A stretch of 64,000 nt of DNA. Source: Octopus sinensis (lineage: Eukaryota). Position 1 is the first letter of the stretch. Each line of letters opens with the position of its first letter. The DNA lies in contig NC_043012.1 of the NCBI RefSeq assembly GCF_006345805.1, forward strand, positions 33,604,001 to 33,668,000. The letters are read 5' to 3'. This document shows positions 39,230 through 52,173 of the stretch, in pieces. The translations under genes were made by a program, and so were the position numbers. A model generated the notes under the pieces. The model searched no databases. It was given only the letters and a program-made list of their open reading frames with translations, and had not been told where the DNA came from.

Positions 39230-39522
39230 TCTCCTTCTTCTTCTTCTTCTTCTTCTTCTTCTTCCTTTTCTTCTTCATCTTCCTCTTCTTCTTCTTCTTC
39301 TTCTTCATCTTCCTCTTCTTCTTCTCCTTCTTCTTCTTCTTTTTCTTCTTCTTCTTCATCTTTCTGTTCTTCTTCTTCTTCTTCTTCTTCTTCTTCTTCT
39401 CCTCCTTCTTCTTCTTCATCATCTTCCTCTTCATCTTCTTCTTCTTTTTCTTTTTCTTCTTTTTCTTCTTCTTCTTCTTCTTCTTCTCTCCTCCTCCTCC
39501 TCCTCCTCCTCCTTCTTCTCCT
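39197..39522. repeat. ~325-bp (TTC)/(CTC) polypyrimidine tract
   Basis: Directly visible. Confidence 0.97.
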
Positions 39523-40204
39523 CAATGCAGAAATCTATTGTTCATAGTTTCTTTTACTTTTAAGCCAGTTTTCTTTAGATATCGTTAAATGTTTTGGGGT
39601 GGTGTTTTTTTTTTCTATTTGTTTTCTTTTGCCTTTGTTATTTTATTAATATTTCCAAATTGTCGGTTTGTAAATCTTCTCTGACAATACTTTATTGGAT
39701 TAGCTGCTACTTGTTTCGGCAACTCTTTACATAAATTACTTAAGCAACTTCCACAAGAAAGACTCTCCTTTCGTTTCGAATCATCTTTGATGACTGTTGT
39801 GTATACAAAGAGTGGCTTCTTGTTAAAGAAAACTTAATAAAACTCAACCACTCGCACAATCCTCGAAATCAGCTTAGTAAAATATTCTCTCTGGCAGTAT
39901 TCTATGCTGTCAAGATTTCCATTATAGAAGTTCAATTCTGTTTAATTGTTTGAAATGTTGGATTTACTTTTTTTGTCTGTGTGGAATGGATGATCCGTTA
40001 TATAAAACGGAAGACAAGATAAGAATTCTTTTTAAGCAAATAGAAAGAAAATGCCATTACGTTCTATTTCAAATATACAGATTTTCAACCAAAGCTAAAA
40101 AGGAAGCAATTTTACGTATGTACGATTTGAACGTTTGGATCCTAAAGTGGAAATTCTTGACCTTTATTTCAGGCATTTTCGACTCTTAAGTCCCTTATTA
40201 AAGA

Positions 40205-40530
40205 CTAGCGCTATGACTTGGCAACGCCGGGTCATAGTGCTAGTGCATGCATATACAGCTGCGTGCGTGCGCACATAAACGTGAGTACTGTCCAAATCTC
40301 CAACCAATCACATACAGCTAGCTGGCATTCAATTGGCGTATCAAGTTTCAGGCATTTTGATTGGGTTTTGAATAGAAAATTCACAAAAAAGTTACTTCTA
40401 TTGATTTTTAATGGGTTTGCGGGGCGACTGGGGAAATGTAAAGATGTGCACGACCACCCTTGGACAGTTTTGTATGATCATAGAAAGTGCGAGCACTCTA
40501 ACTGAAAAATTGTGGATTTGTATAAAGGAT

Positions 40531-40561
<31 letters not shown>

Positions 40562-40585
40562 TTTTGCCGTTTATATATAGAGAGA
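40205..40585 (-). mobile_element. non-autonomous Helitron, family H1 copy 3
   Basis: Reverse complement of 12669-13037 with TC and CTAG termini. Confidence 0.85.
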
Positions 40586-40659
40586 TTTCATCCCTTCCTT
40601 TAACACACTGGTTCGCGGCCATTTTTTATCTATAGACTCCTTTAGCGACTATTTTATTC

Positions 40660-40911
40660 TGGTGGGCTCCCATAGCCATTCGATGTTTTAAAACTAGTTT
40701 TATAGAAACTTCTTTCAAAATTCCTGTTTTGTTTTTCACACATTCACTTGCGTAAAATGTCAAAGACAGAAACCTAGCTGCTTCTTGCAATATATACATC
40801 GAAATCAAGTTTTTTCATAGATCTTTAAAATACTAATGCGGATCCCCAGTTTACTATTTTGCTAGCGTGGACCCCCTAAAATCTTATCTGGTCCCCGATT
40901 GAGAACCACTG
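40660..40911. mobile_element. possible hAT (Charlie-like) element end
   Basis: Ends in TTGAGAACCACTG (reverse complement CAGTGGTTCTCAA), with GGACCCC-like subterminal motifs; the other end was not found. Confidence 0.4.
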
Positions 40912-41266
40912 CTCTAACATATGCATCCAGACTTTATAGTAATTCAGTATTAATCAGAGGAAATTGTATAAGTTATCGATAAGGATGGTATCATTACTTA
41001 ATTATCGATTAGAGGATATCATCATGTAATGAATCAGATAACAGTCCTTAGATCGTTGTTCTTATAGTTTTATCTAATCTTCGATACATTATGGACTTGC
41101 TAAACATTTACACTCAGTTTTAAACTTCAAATATTCGAGGCGATCAAGATTAGAGAATCTGTGTCATTTTGAGATCCTTAAACGGGACTATCTGGAAATA
41201 TATTTTGCATAAAAGAGCATATTCTTGTTGATTAATGCATACCTTAATATTTGTCCGCTAAATATG

Positions 41267-41688
41267 ATACCTATTTCTTTACTACCCACAAGGGGCTAAA
41301 CACAGAGGGGACAAACAAGGACAGACAAACGGATTAAGTCGATTACATCGACCCCAGTGCGTAACTGGTACTTAATTTATCGACCCCAAAAGGATGAAAA
41401 GCAAAGTCGACCTCGGTGGAATTTGAACTCGGAACGTAACGGCAGACGAAATACCTATTTCTTTATTACCCACAAGGGGCTAAACACAGAGGGGACAAAC
41501 AAGGACAGACATAGGTATTAAGTCGATTACATCGACCCCAGTGCGTAACTGGTACTTAATTTATCGACCCCGAAAGGATGAAAGGCAAAGTCGACCTCGG
41601 CGGAATTTGAACTCAGAACGTAACGACAGACGAAATACCGCTACGCATTTCGCCCGGCGTGCTAGCGTTTCTGCCAGCTCGCCACCTT
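41267..41688 (-). mobile_element. type A SINE partial dimer, 184-bp period
   Basis: ATACCTATTTCTTTA starts at both 41267 and 41451; only the second unit has the full head. Confidence 0.9.
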
Positions 41689-42444
41689 CGACTGACACGA
41701 CTCCTACCGTTACTATTACAACCAACACGACATCTACTGTTGATGTTCCGTAAAGAATAACAACAACAACAACAGCATGATTATAATGTTCATAAAATGT
41801 TGCTTTATTAATTCAAAGCACAACAATTGCAACAACAAACATTAGAACCACAGCAAGAACCTCAAGAACAAGAACAAAAAAACAGTCATTACAACAAACA
41901 ACAAACGAACTCCTTATATAGCTGCAATAGGAATCGTGATTTACTGTTAATTTGATTTTCGGTTTCTTCCATAGATGTAAAACATGCAGTTATCATGATG
42001 ATGATCATGATGATGATCATCATCATCATCGTCATCATCATCATCATTATCTACAACATGAATGATGGCTGAAATCATCGTCGTCGTTGTCACCAGTAAT
42101 ATATATTTATCAGCAGCACAACCACCATCATCATTACTACCACCTCCGCTACCTCCACCATATCATCACATCTACCACCACCACCACCACCACCACTACC
42201 ATCACAAACACACCATATAATTATCGCTACCACCATTTTTCGACAATACCGTAATCATCATCAACATCATCATCACCGCCACCATCATCAACTCTGTTGT
42301 TCTTGGTCGGTGATAATGAATTCACTAGTAACAAAATATTGAATATTATTTGTATTAGTTATTATTTTTTTGCACTTATTTCTTGCACAGACAGACACAC
42401 TGACACAGACACACACACTCACACACATGTCACAAATATAAATA

Positions 42445-42856
42445 TGCATACATACATATACATACATACATACATACATACATACATACATACATACATA
42501 CATACATACATGCATGCATACATACATACATACATACATACATACATACATACATACACACACATACATACATACATACATACATTCATACACACACATA
42601 CATACATACATACATACATACATACATACATACATACATACATACATCATACACACACATACATACATAAATACATACATACATACATACATACATACAT
42701 ACATACATACATACATACATACATACATACATGCATGCATGCATGCATGCATACATACATACATACATACATACATACATACATACATACATACATACAT
42801 ACATACATACATACATGCATGCATACATACATACATACATGCATACACATACACAC
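42445..42856. repeat. ~410-bp (CATA)n microsatellite
   Basis: Directly visible. Confidence 0.97.
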
Positions 42857-43189
42857 ACGTGTATATTGTGTCGTCTTACAAAATGTAATACAAGTAGAGT
42901 GGTTTGCAAAATTATATTTTGCTGTTCATGTTCTTCAGCATTCAGTGTGTTATTTATTTCCTTGCATCTGTCACTGAAACCACTTCGACCGAACAGAAAT
43001 ACGGATTCAATATTTACTATTCTAACTGTTATGACGGCTAACACTGTCCTCCTGGTGGCCAACACTGACTGCCATGGCTGCTAAGAGTATCATTGCAGCT
43101 AACAATCTTTCATTTACGCAAACAAACGTCTAATTTAGTTTCTGACCTGTTGTTCAGATGAATTGGGTTTCTTTCCATAAACGAGAACA

Positions 43190-43785
43190 CTGCATGAGCG
43201 GACGAATGGATAAGTACACGCACATATCTTGGGTCATATATATCATCATCTGAAAAAGATTTTCTAACTAGAAAGGGTATGGCCTGGTCAGCCTGTAATG
43301 ACATGCATAAGATCTGGTCATCAAATCTAAGTAGAGATTTCAAACTTAAAATCTTCAAAGCCACAGTCGAACCAATTCTACTATATGGCTCAGAAACCTG
43401 GACATTATCAAAGAAGCTTGAGAGGTGGTTGGATGGAACTTACAATTGCCTCCTTATGAGAGCTCAAAATTTCTCGTGGAAGCGTCATCCAACAAAAGTA
43501 CAAATATATGGGAAATTACCACCTGTATCATCTCTTGTGAAATGTAGAAGAGTCCAGTTTGCTGGATATTGTTGTAGAGCTGAAAACGAGGTAATTTCTA
43601 CTCTTCTCCTCTGGAAGCCACCTGCTCGCGATACCAGAGAGCACACACTCTCCTACCCTGATGTACTCTCCAGGGATACAGGCATCCAGCAACAGGACCT
43701 CCGTAATGCTATGATGGACCATGAAGTCTGGCGCAACACAGTAAATTCCATTGTCTCGATCACGGTCGGACAATGATGATGATGT
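43190..43785 (+). mobile_element. RTE-clade LINE 3' fragment
   Basis: YLGS motif at about 43225; ORF 43279-43776 KLKIFKATVEPILLYGSETWTL...LDGTY...QFAGYC.R...AMMDHEVWR; (TGA)n tail. Confidence 0.85.
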
Positions 43786-43878
43786 ATACGTATAAAATTC
43801 AATATACATTTACTTGCGTGTGTTCACACATACACACACACCGCACCACACCACACACACCCACACACAAAAACACAC

Positions 43879-43916
<38 letters not shown>

Positions 43917-43932
43917 GCATATATACCTCGTA

Positions 43933-44006
<74 letters not shown>

Positions 44007-44053
44007 CATATATACCTCGTATATATGTGTACGCATGTACGTTCACATATATA

Positions 44054-44686
44054 CGAGGCCTGATCAAAAAGTAATGGGTCTGTCGCTATGGTAACGGAGC
44101 TAAAGTAAGGAGAGCGAAGATCGTTCGCCACAAGTTGACCATGGACTCTGTCGCGCATGCACACTAAGCTACAACGTTCTCGCTCACTTCCGTTGTTTAT
44201 AGCAGTGCTTGGGAGTGAAGTGTGTAGAGCGTGTTCGTTTCACCTCACCACAGCATCCGGCCATGTTAGAGAAAATATGTGTATGCGTGTGTATGTGTAT
44301 GCGTGTGTATGTGTGTGTGTATGTGAGAGAGAGAGGGGGGCGTGCATGGAAAGAGATACGGCTTGAAGATTATTACGGCCAAGATATTTTTCCAAAAATG
44401 AAATCTCACTAGAAAGGAACAAGATTTCCAGCCGTCGAGGTAATCAAAAAAGAATGCAACAAACCAGCCACCCAGTATTTCCCCCCACCCGTAACATGCA
44501 CACACACATACACAAAGAAAGGGTTACAGAAATATTTCCATGAATGGGAACGACACTGGATCAGTGTGTGAATTCAGAAGGGGACTATTTCCAATGATAT
44601 CAAATGCCGAACTGATGAGACGTGTTGTTGTGTCGTATTTTCTTTTTACAGCACCGACGCGATACCTTTTTTTTTATGAGACCTCT
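44054..44686 (+). mobile_element. internally deleted Mariner element
   Basis: TA|CGAGGCCTGATCAAAAAGTA...TTTTATGAGACCTCT|TA; internal DIFPKMKSH*KGTRFPAVEVIKK and, after frameshifts, QCVNSEGDYF. Confidence 0.8.
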
Positions 44687-44736
44687 TATATAGAGATGCG
44701 TATTACACCCTTAATTTTACATTCGATCCAGATATA

Positions 44737-45150
44737 GGATCTTTTCGGTTTGAACTGCAGTTTTTAACATAATTTCTAGGTAACTAAAAAATTTTAAACT
44801 TCGTATACTGGTAGAGTGTGTTTATAAAACCTCTCTTTCTCTTGGCTTTATTGAGAAAATTCTATAGTTTGTAAGATATTTGTTGTTTTTTTCTTCAATT
44901 TCTGCAATTTCAACCAATCACTGACGTCCATTGAGGTAAACAACATTCTGTGCCGCATGAATATGTCCCTCGTTTAAGAAACAGATTGGGTTTATTTACA
45001 TTTGTGAAGAAAAAAGATTCCTTTCCCCCACCCCTAACCCTAACCTAAAATAGATTGAAATGCAATAGATCGATACAAGGGTGATAATTATGGGTGACAA
45101 TTTCATATGACACCGCTAGAAAAAAACTGCCGTTCAAACCGAAAAGATCC
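44737..45150. mobile_element. MITE with 29-bp TIRs and 8-bp TSD (Merlin-like)
   Basis: GGATCTTTTCGGTTTGAACTGCAGTTTTT and AAAAACTGCCGTTCAAACCGAAAAGATCC; TSD CAGATATA at 44729-44736 and 45151-45158. Confidence 0.85.
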
Positions 45151-45230
45151 CAGATATATTATATATCAAGCATGGCTGTGTGGTAAGAAGCTTGCTTCCA
45201 AACCACATGGCTCCGGTGTTATTAATGATG

Positions 45231-45284
<54 letters not shown>

Positions 45285-46791
45285 GTTTCTAATATAGGCG
45301 CAGAACCAGCAACTCTTAGGAAAGGAAATTCGTCGATAGGAAAAAAAATGAATGCAAAGTTGACCACGGTGAGATCCGAACTCAGAACGTAAAGAACCGG
45401 GAAACATTGTTTTATAAAACATCATTTTTTTTTTCTGCAACAGCTTATGATGTTTATAGAGCAGAATGTGTGAAATTGTTCCAAAAGTGTTTTGATATGA
45501 ATCGTTCCAGCAGTTTGCATCTTGAACTATATCAACTAATGCGCTCTTCTATTTTTTAACACGTTTAGGTTTAATTCATTTTCGCAATTTGGTTGCTATT
45601 CCTAGCAAATCAAAAAGAACCCCATGTAGCTGGCAGTGTTCCAACATGGCTGCAACCCAATGTTTGGAATCAGTACAAGAGTTAAAATAGGAACTATTCA
45701 GTTTCCATCATTAATTCTCCTGTAATTATGATACCACATTGGAATTTCAGATTCCATTATATACTTTAGTGCGATGCAGTCGCTCCTCCATACAAAAGAA
45801 CTCTTTCTTGTCCTTGCTTTGCCAATTATAGCTTTATACCAATTAAAGGCTAATTAGTGCTACACATGCTTGGCTAGGTAAAATGCAAGTAATTCTTGAA
45901 GAAAAAATCTCCAGTTTCCAAATTCTTTTTAAGGATAGAATGCGTTACCTACAGCAAATTTGGTTCTGTTACTTTTTCAAGATTTGATGTAATAACAAGA
46001 ATTGAATCTAGCAGCAATATCAGTTAAAACGTACAATATGTTCTGTTTATTTAATTAGCTCAGCCGAAATAATAACTCATACAATATCTACAGCTTCCAT
46101 CCTTTCTGTGTTCACAGAATTTCGCAACCTAATCCTTTTGATACTTGTGGGGGTGTGTGGTTTGATTTTAATGTCTTTATAGAAAAAAATGATGCAGTAA
46201 TTAAAGTAACGTGTGTATATAAACATACATGTATACTTAAGTAGTGTCTGCGTGTGTGCGCACGTGTGTGTAAGTCTGCATATAAATATGACTTCCTCTA
46301 TAATTTGGTGGTGGAGATTAAAGTTTTTTGTTACCAAAGTTAATGTATTAAGAGAAATAGAGCCTGTATAATGCTCAGATACCCGCATATTTACAACACA
46401 ATTGGTATGTTAGTGTCAACATGATTAATGCATGATTTATTAAAACGCTATTTGAATTTAAAAAAAAAAAAGAAGTTATTTTGGTAGAATTGTGTGACAT
46501 CTCCAAATATGTTTCGATATTATTCTGCTTTCCTTAGCAAAATAGAGATTGAATTGTTTGGAAATTTAATAATTGTAATATAGATTTTTTCGGTTAACGT
46601 ATTTAATATTTTAACTCCAAGATAGTAAACTCGGTCTGCCATCCAGTTTGACACCACAATTTGGTACTTGGGTGTGCTTAGCGGAGTACAATCTGTAACA
46701 AACATTCAGGCCAAGACTCTTGCCTGAAGATAACTTCTTCCCTTCCTTTCTTTTGTTTCAGGGACCTTTTGAAAGTATTATGAGATGGATA

Positions 46792-47593
46792 CGGGGCCGG
46801 ATTAAGACCCGTAAAGGTCTTAAGCACTTAAAAAATGTTGGTGTCCTTACTTATACATGTAATTAAAAATATAAACAATAATATACTTATTTCTTTACTA
46901 CCCACAAGGGGTTAAACGCAGAAGGGACAAACAAGGACAGACAAACGGATTAAGTCGATTATATCGACCCCAGTGTGTAACTGGTACTTAATTAATCGAC
47001 CCCGAAAGGATGAAAGGCAAAGTCAACCTCGGCGGAATTTGAACTCAGAACGTAGCAGCAGATGAAATACTGCTGAGCATTTCGCCCGGAGTGCTAACGT
47101 AATATGGTATATTATTATAAACAGTAATATACCATACAATAAATTTGTATTTTTCAAAATGAAACAAAACTAATAGTAAGCTGGAAAATAATACTTACTA
47201 TTGAATACTTCTGCTTTATATTTGAAAATTTTTCTCCTACAGCTTTTTTTTTAATTACAAAGTCTTAGATCAAATCCTTGAAATTAATCTTATGTAACAC
47301 ATCTGCTTCTATACTTAGTAGAGATAAGGCATTCAGCCTGCATTATCAAATAATTCTCCTGATTGGACTTTTAATAAACTCCAACTGAGAAAATGAATGC
47401 TTAGCTGAATAATTTGTGACAATTAATGTTAAAAATATACGAAAGACAATATCTACATTTCGAAAGACGACACATTCAATGATGTTTAAAGGGAATTCTT
47501 TTGTGCCATAAACCATTCACTATTTCTGTGGTGCCTCTCTTCATTTGATACCCTAAGCACGTGCTCTTTTGCTTTCAGGTTAATCCAGCGATG
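46792..47593 (-). mobile_element. hAT transposon remnant with decayed C-terminal dimerisation domain
   Basis: 47247-47465(-) translates FRNVDIVFRIFLTLIVTNYSAKHSFSQLEFIKSPIRRII**CRLNALSLLSIEADVLHKINFKDLI*DF; imperfect TIRs CGGGGCCGGATTAA and TTAATCCAGCGATG; no TSD seen. Confidence 0.7.
46884..47100 (-). mobile_element. SINE type A nested in the hAT remnant
   Basis: Matches the other type A copies. Confidence 0.85.
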
Positions 47594-47684
47594 GGCCGAT
47601 GGCTGCACATCATCCACTGGATTGCTCTTTTAAACACATAAACAATACGTCAACAGTGGTTGATTTTCTTGCAGATGAGCCAGA

Positions 47685-48087
47685 AACCTGGCTCAGAAAC
47701 CTGGACGTTATCAAAGAAGCTTGAGAGGCGGTTGGATGGAACTTACACTCGCCTCCTTATGAGAGCTCAAAATCTCTCATGGAAGCGTCATCCAACCAAA
47801 GTACAAATATATGGGAAACTACCACCTGTATCATCTCTTGTGAAAGGTAGAAAAGTCCAGTTTGCTGGACATTGTTGTAGAACTGAAAACGAGGTAATTT
47901 CTCCTCTTCTCTGGAAGCCATCTGCTCGCGATACCAGAGACCACACACTTTCCTACCCTGATGCAATCTCCAGGGATACAGGCATCCAGCAACAGGACCT
48001 CCATAATGCTATGATGGACCGTGAAGTCTGGCGTAACATGGTAAATTCCATTGTCTCGACCACGATCGAACAATGATGATGATGATG
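47685..48087 (+). mobile_element. RTE-clade LINE 3' fragment, second copy
   Basis: GSETWTLSKKLERRLDGTYTRLL...QFAGHCCR...AMMDREVWR; (TGA)n tail; closely similar to 43385-43785. Confidence 0.85.
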
Positions 48088-48263
48088 TATAAATTATTTG
48101 TAGTTGTGATTATACGTGATTAAATGTGTTACACTATGGATGCCAATGTTACAGTACCAGATTTTGAACTAATTTCATTAAATTCATATTTTGTGTAGAA
48201 TGACAGATTCGAGAAAACAGTTTACAAGGAATATGAAAACCACTAGCCATTATAACCTGGCAT

Positions 48264-48478
48264 CAAGGCGGCAAACTGGCAGAATCGTTAGCACACCGGG
48301 CAAAATACTCAGCAGCATTTTGTCCGTCTTAACGTTTTGATTTCAAATTCCGCCGAGGTCGACTTTGCCTTTCATCCTTTCGGGATCGATAAATTAAATA
48401 CCAGTGAAATACTGGGGTTGATGTAATTGACTAGCCCCTCCCTCAAATTTCAGGTTTTGTGCCTATACTAGAAAGGGC
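48264..48478 (+). mobile_element. SINE type A variant
   Basis: AAGGCGGCAAACTGGCAGAATCGTTAGCAC... head; flanking ACCTGGCATCAA near 48255 and 48483 is a probable TSD. Confidence 0.85.
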
Positions 48479-49238
48479 TATGACCTGGCATCAATTCTCA
48501 GAACTTCAAACACACACACACATACACACACACATGCACGTACACGCACATATATATGCAGCCCCTGAATAGCCCATTTCCATGGGGGCATTTTAGCCTG
48601 GATTTCTCTTTAGTTTATTTAATTTTCGTTCGTATTTTCCCCTTTAACCGTCTTCCTCTTTCCATTCTATTTCCTATTTCGAAAACGAAGAATGCTTTCA
48701 AAATGTTTATGCACAGGTGCTGCTAGTGGTATTGGTTTCACAAGTTGTAATGACTGTAGTAGTAGCAGAATGGGTAATAGTTGTAAAGTGGTAGTTGTCG
48801 CGGCAGTAGTCTGTGCCATATTGAACTTTTAGCGGTGTTGATGGTGGTGGTGGTGGTGGCGGCGATTGTATGGCGACAGAAGTAATTTCACTACTTCAAA
48901 AACGAGCCACAACAATAAAACGTGCAGCTCGCGTGCATTGGCCAATACTTCACTATAAATACATATGCATTATATGCAGCTTTATGTCTCCATCTTTCAC
49001 TATCTCAACTCACTCTCTGTTTCTTTCTCTCTCTCTCTCCCACTCTCTCCCTCTTTCTCTCTCTATAACTGCTTTACTCTGTTGTGATAATTTTATGAAT
49101 ATCATGACTTTGAGATTAAGACGGAGTAGTGGAGAGTATCCATACATGTATGAATATGCCCGTCTCTATACAGAGACGCATTCATATACGTATGTATATA
49201 CATATACATATGGTGTATACATGTGTGCACATATATAA

Positions 49239-49279
<41 letters not shown>

Positions 49280-49318
49280 GTATGTATGTATGTATGTATA
49301 TATATATATATATATATG

Positions 49319-49368
<50 letters not shown>

Positions 49369-49429
49369 TATATATATATATACATGTATGTATATATATA
49401 TATATGTATGTATAATATATATATATATT

Positions 49430-49476
<47 letters not shown>

Positions 49477-49677
49477 CTATGTATATATATATACACACAA
49501 ATATAATTAAAATTCAGAAAATGGAGATGTTGCATTAATGCAATTTATTAACTGCGAAAATTCAACATATTCTCTTACAGCTGTTTCGTAATGAACCAGT
49601 AATTCATTGGATATTTTTATCCCCCTTAATGAAACTATTTTAACCTGTCTCTCCCCCCTCTCTCTCTCTCTCTCCCT

Positions 49678-49743
<66 letters not shown>

Positions 49744-49876
49744 TTACATTATATAGAGGGTACTATTATTCATAGGTACCGCACGCTAGGAGGGACCCTT
49801 GCAGTCAAAACTACTAAAATAAACAAATTGTACCGAATGCAAAACTTCAAAGCAAGTCATTTAAAAACAGAATTTA

Positions 49877-49940
49877 GTTACATATCAGCTGTGATTTCGC
49901 AATCAATGCAGAATATGCATTCTATGCTCTTCAGTGTAAC
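49877..49940 (-). ncRNA. type I hammerhead ribozyme, canonical core, inverted copy
   Basis: Reverse complement of 50556-50619. Confidence 0.8.
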
Positions 49941-50555
49941 GAACTCAAGACATGTAAGGAAAAAACACAATATAGCATACCTAACAGCCAACCGTAGAAT
50001 TCTTCGTAGCATGTACGAATGTTTATCTTTACATATCTATGAAAATGGCGGGCTTATTCGCAATGTATTTCGGTAACAATTTGCCTATTCGGAACAGAAA
50101 TTCAGTATTGAACTATTCCGGTGAAAAATATGAATTCAAAATTAAGGATAAAATCTTTATAAGATATTATCAGTAGTTTATTTTAGTAGTTTTGACTGCA
50201 AGAGTCCCTCCTAGCGTGCGGTACCTATGAATAATAGTACCCTCTATATAATAGAAATAAATATTTTCAAAGTGGAAAAAATTACAGATTTTTTCTCTTA
50301 CGAGGTTTTTCACGCTAACTACTGATAATATCTTATAAAGATTTTATCCTTAATTTTAAATTTATATTTTTCACCGGAATAGTTCAATACTGAATTTTTG
50401 TTCCGAGTAGGCAAATTGCTACCGAAATGCATTGCGAATAAGCCCGCCATTTTCATAGATATGTAAAGATAAACATTCGTACATGCTACGACGAATTCTA
50501 CGGTTGGCTGTTGGGTATGCTATATTGTGTTTTTTTCCTTACATGTCTTGAGTTC

Positions 50556-50619
50556 GTTACACTGAAGAGCATAGAATGCATATTCTGCATTGATTGCGAA
50601 ATCACAGCTGATATGTAAC
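50556..50619 (+). ncRNA. type I hammerhead ribozyme, canonical core
   Basis: GUUACA [CUGAAGA] GC...AAUGCA-uauuc-UGCAUU...GC [GAA] AUCA-cagc-UGAU A^ UGUAAC; perfect 6-bp stem I, 4-bp stem III, AUA cleavage triplet. Confidence 0.8.
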
Positions 50620-51017
50620 TAAATTCTGTTTTTAAATGACTTGCTTTGAAGTTTTGCATTCGGTACAATTTGTTTATTTTAGTAGTTTTGACTGCAAAAG
50701 TCCCTCCTAGCGTGCGGTACCTATGAATAATAGCACCCTCTATATAATATAAATAAACATTTTCAAAGTGGAAAAATTTACAAATTTTTTCTCTTACGAG
50801 GTTTTTCGCGCTAACTACTGATAATTTCTTATAAAGATTTTATCCTTAATTTTAAATTTATATATATATATATAATATATATATATATATAATATATATA
50901 TATTATATATATATAGATATATATATATATAATATATATATATATATATAATATATATATATATAATATATATATATATATAATATAATATAATATAATA
51001 TAATATAATATAATATA

Positions 51018-52082
51018 CTAGCAGTATAGGCTGGCTTTGCTCGGGATTAAGTTAGGATTATTAAGCTAATCAAGTTCTTTATTTCAAACCAAACTAAGTA
51101 ACATCGACGTCAAATTTGGGTGAAGTCCATTGAAATTGGTAAACTTTTGGCTGAAAATGAGTTGCAGAAAACTTGATTGGGTAATCCCATAAGGAATCGG
51201 TTTATCTATTTTTTTCCACTCATCGACTTTCTTTTTCGTTTTTGGAGAACTTAAAGCACTCAAAGATCCCATGAGTTCTTAGTAATGCTGGCATTAAATT
51301 TGAACAAAATACATCATAATTGGTGAAAGTTATGGTTGAAAATAGGGTGTAGCCAATTTCATTAGGAAATCCTATAAGGAATCGGTTTATCGATTTCTTT
51401 TTTATCATGATTAAATGGAAAACGCCATAAGGAATCAGCTTATTGATCTTTCACACCAAATAGGACTTAACCGAACACAATATTGCTGATTCAAAAACAT
51501 CTATATTTATACTTTAAAGTTGGTTTTCACACCCAACCCAGTTCTGCCGAATCAGTGTCCCGACGGGTTGCACATGCTAGCCCTTTGAAAACACCATCCC
51601 ATCATCTAACCCCACTTTTGCCCATGGGTTGAGAACCCTTCCAGCAAGGAAAATAGAATGCCCAACAGGGATCCCGATCCTCTGTGTCAAAAGCGGTTAT
51701 GTTCAAATCACAACTAAGTCTTAAGTATATATATATATATGGGCAACACACACACATACACGCACGTACGTACGTAAACCTATTGCATACATGTTCGTGT
51801 GTGTTGCCCGTATTTCAACAAAACATTTTTCCTCGATGGAAAAAGAAACAACAAAAGTCTTACTCGTCGCTAGGAGGGGACTTAACTCTTATTTGTAAAC
51901 AATGGTGATTTCTTCGACTTGAAAATTGTTAAAAGTTTTGGTTGAAAATTTATTTTTACTCCTATTCGCTGGTGCCTCTGGGGGAAATAAGTTGACGAAA
52001 ATACAGCTGGATCATGACGAATGTCCTCCTAAAATTGGAGCGACAAGCGTGCTAATTTGTGGACGTGCATTAATTACATTCA

Positions 52083-52130
<48 letters not shown>

Positions 52131-52163
52131 ACACACACACATCCTGCCTTTTATATATACAGA
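51018..52163 (-). mobile_element. non-autonomous Helitron, about 1.15 kb
   Basis: Minus strand A|TCTGTATATATAAAAGGCAGGATGTGTG...CCCGAGCAAAGCCAGCCTATACTGCTAG|T; termini resemble H1 and H2; internal CCATAAGGAATCGG-like repeats. Confidence 0.65.
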
Positions 52164-52173
52164 TATATAGCTA

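Larger units (their letters stand above)
49748..50863 (+). mobile_element. non-coding hammerhead-containing element: inverted partial copy plus about 1.4 tandem 496-bp units (retrozyme or non-autonomous PLE-like)
   Basis: GTTTATTTTAGTAGTTTTGACTGCAA starts at 50176 and 50672; 49748-50178 is the reverse complement of about 50317-50747; two canonical hammerheads; (TA)n on both flanks. Confidence 0.75.

Noticed and set aside
38979-39588. Poly-K, poly-E and poly-F ORFs
   Set aside because: Translations of the (TTC)n tract.
45028-45050. Telomere or interstitial telomeric array
   Set aside because: Only 2-3 units, located inside a MITE.
49570-49600. Minus-strand GAAACAGCTGTA, resembling a hammerhead 3' half
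   Set aside because: No upstream CUGANGA was found; at most a truncated PLE end.
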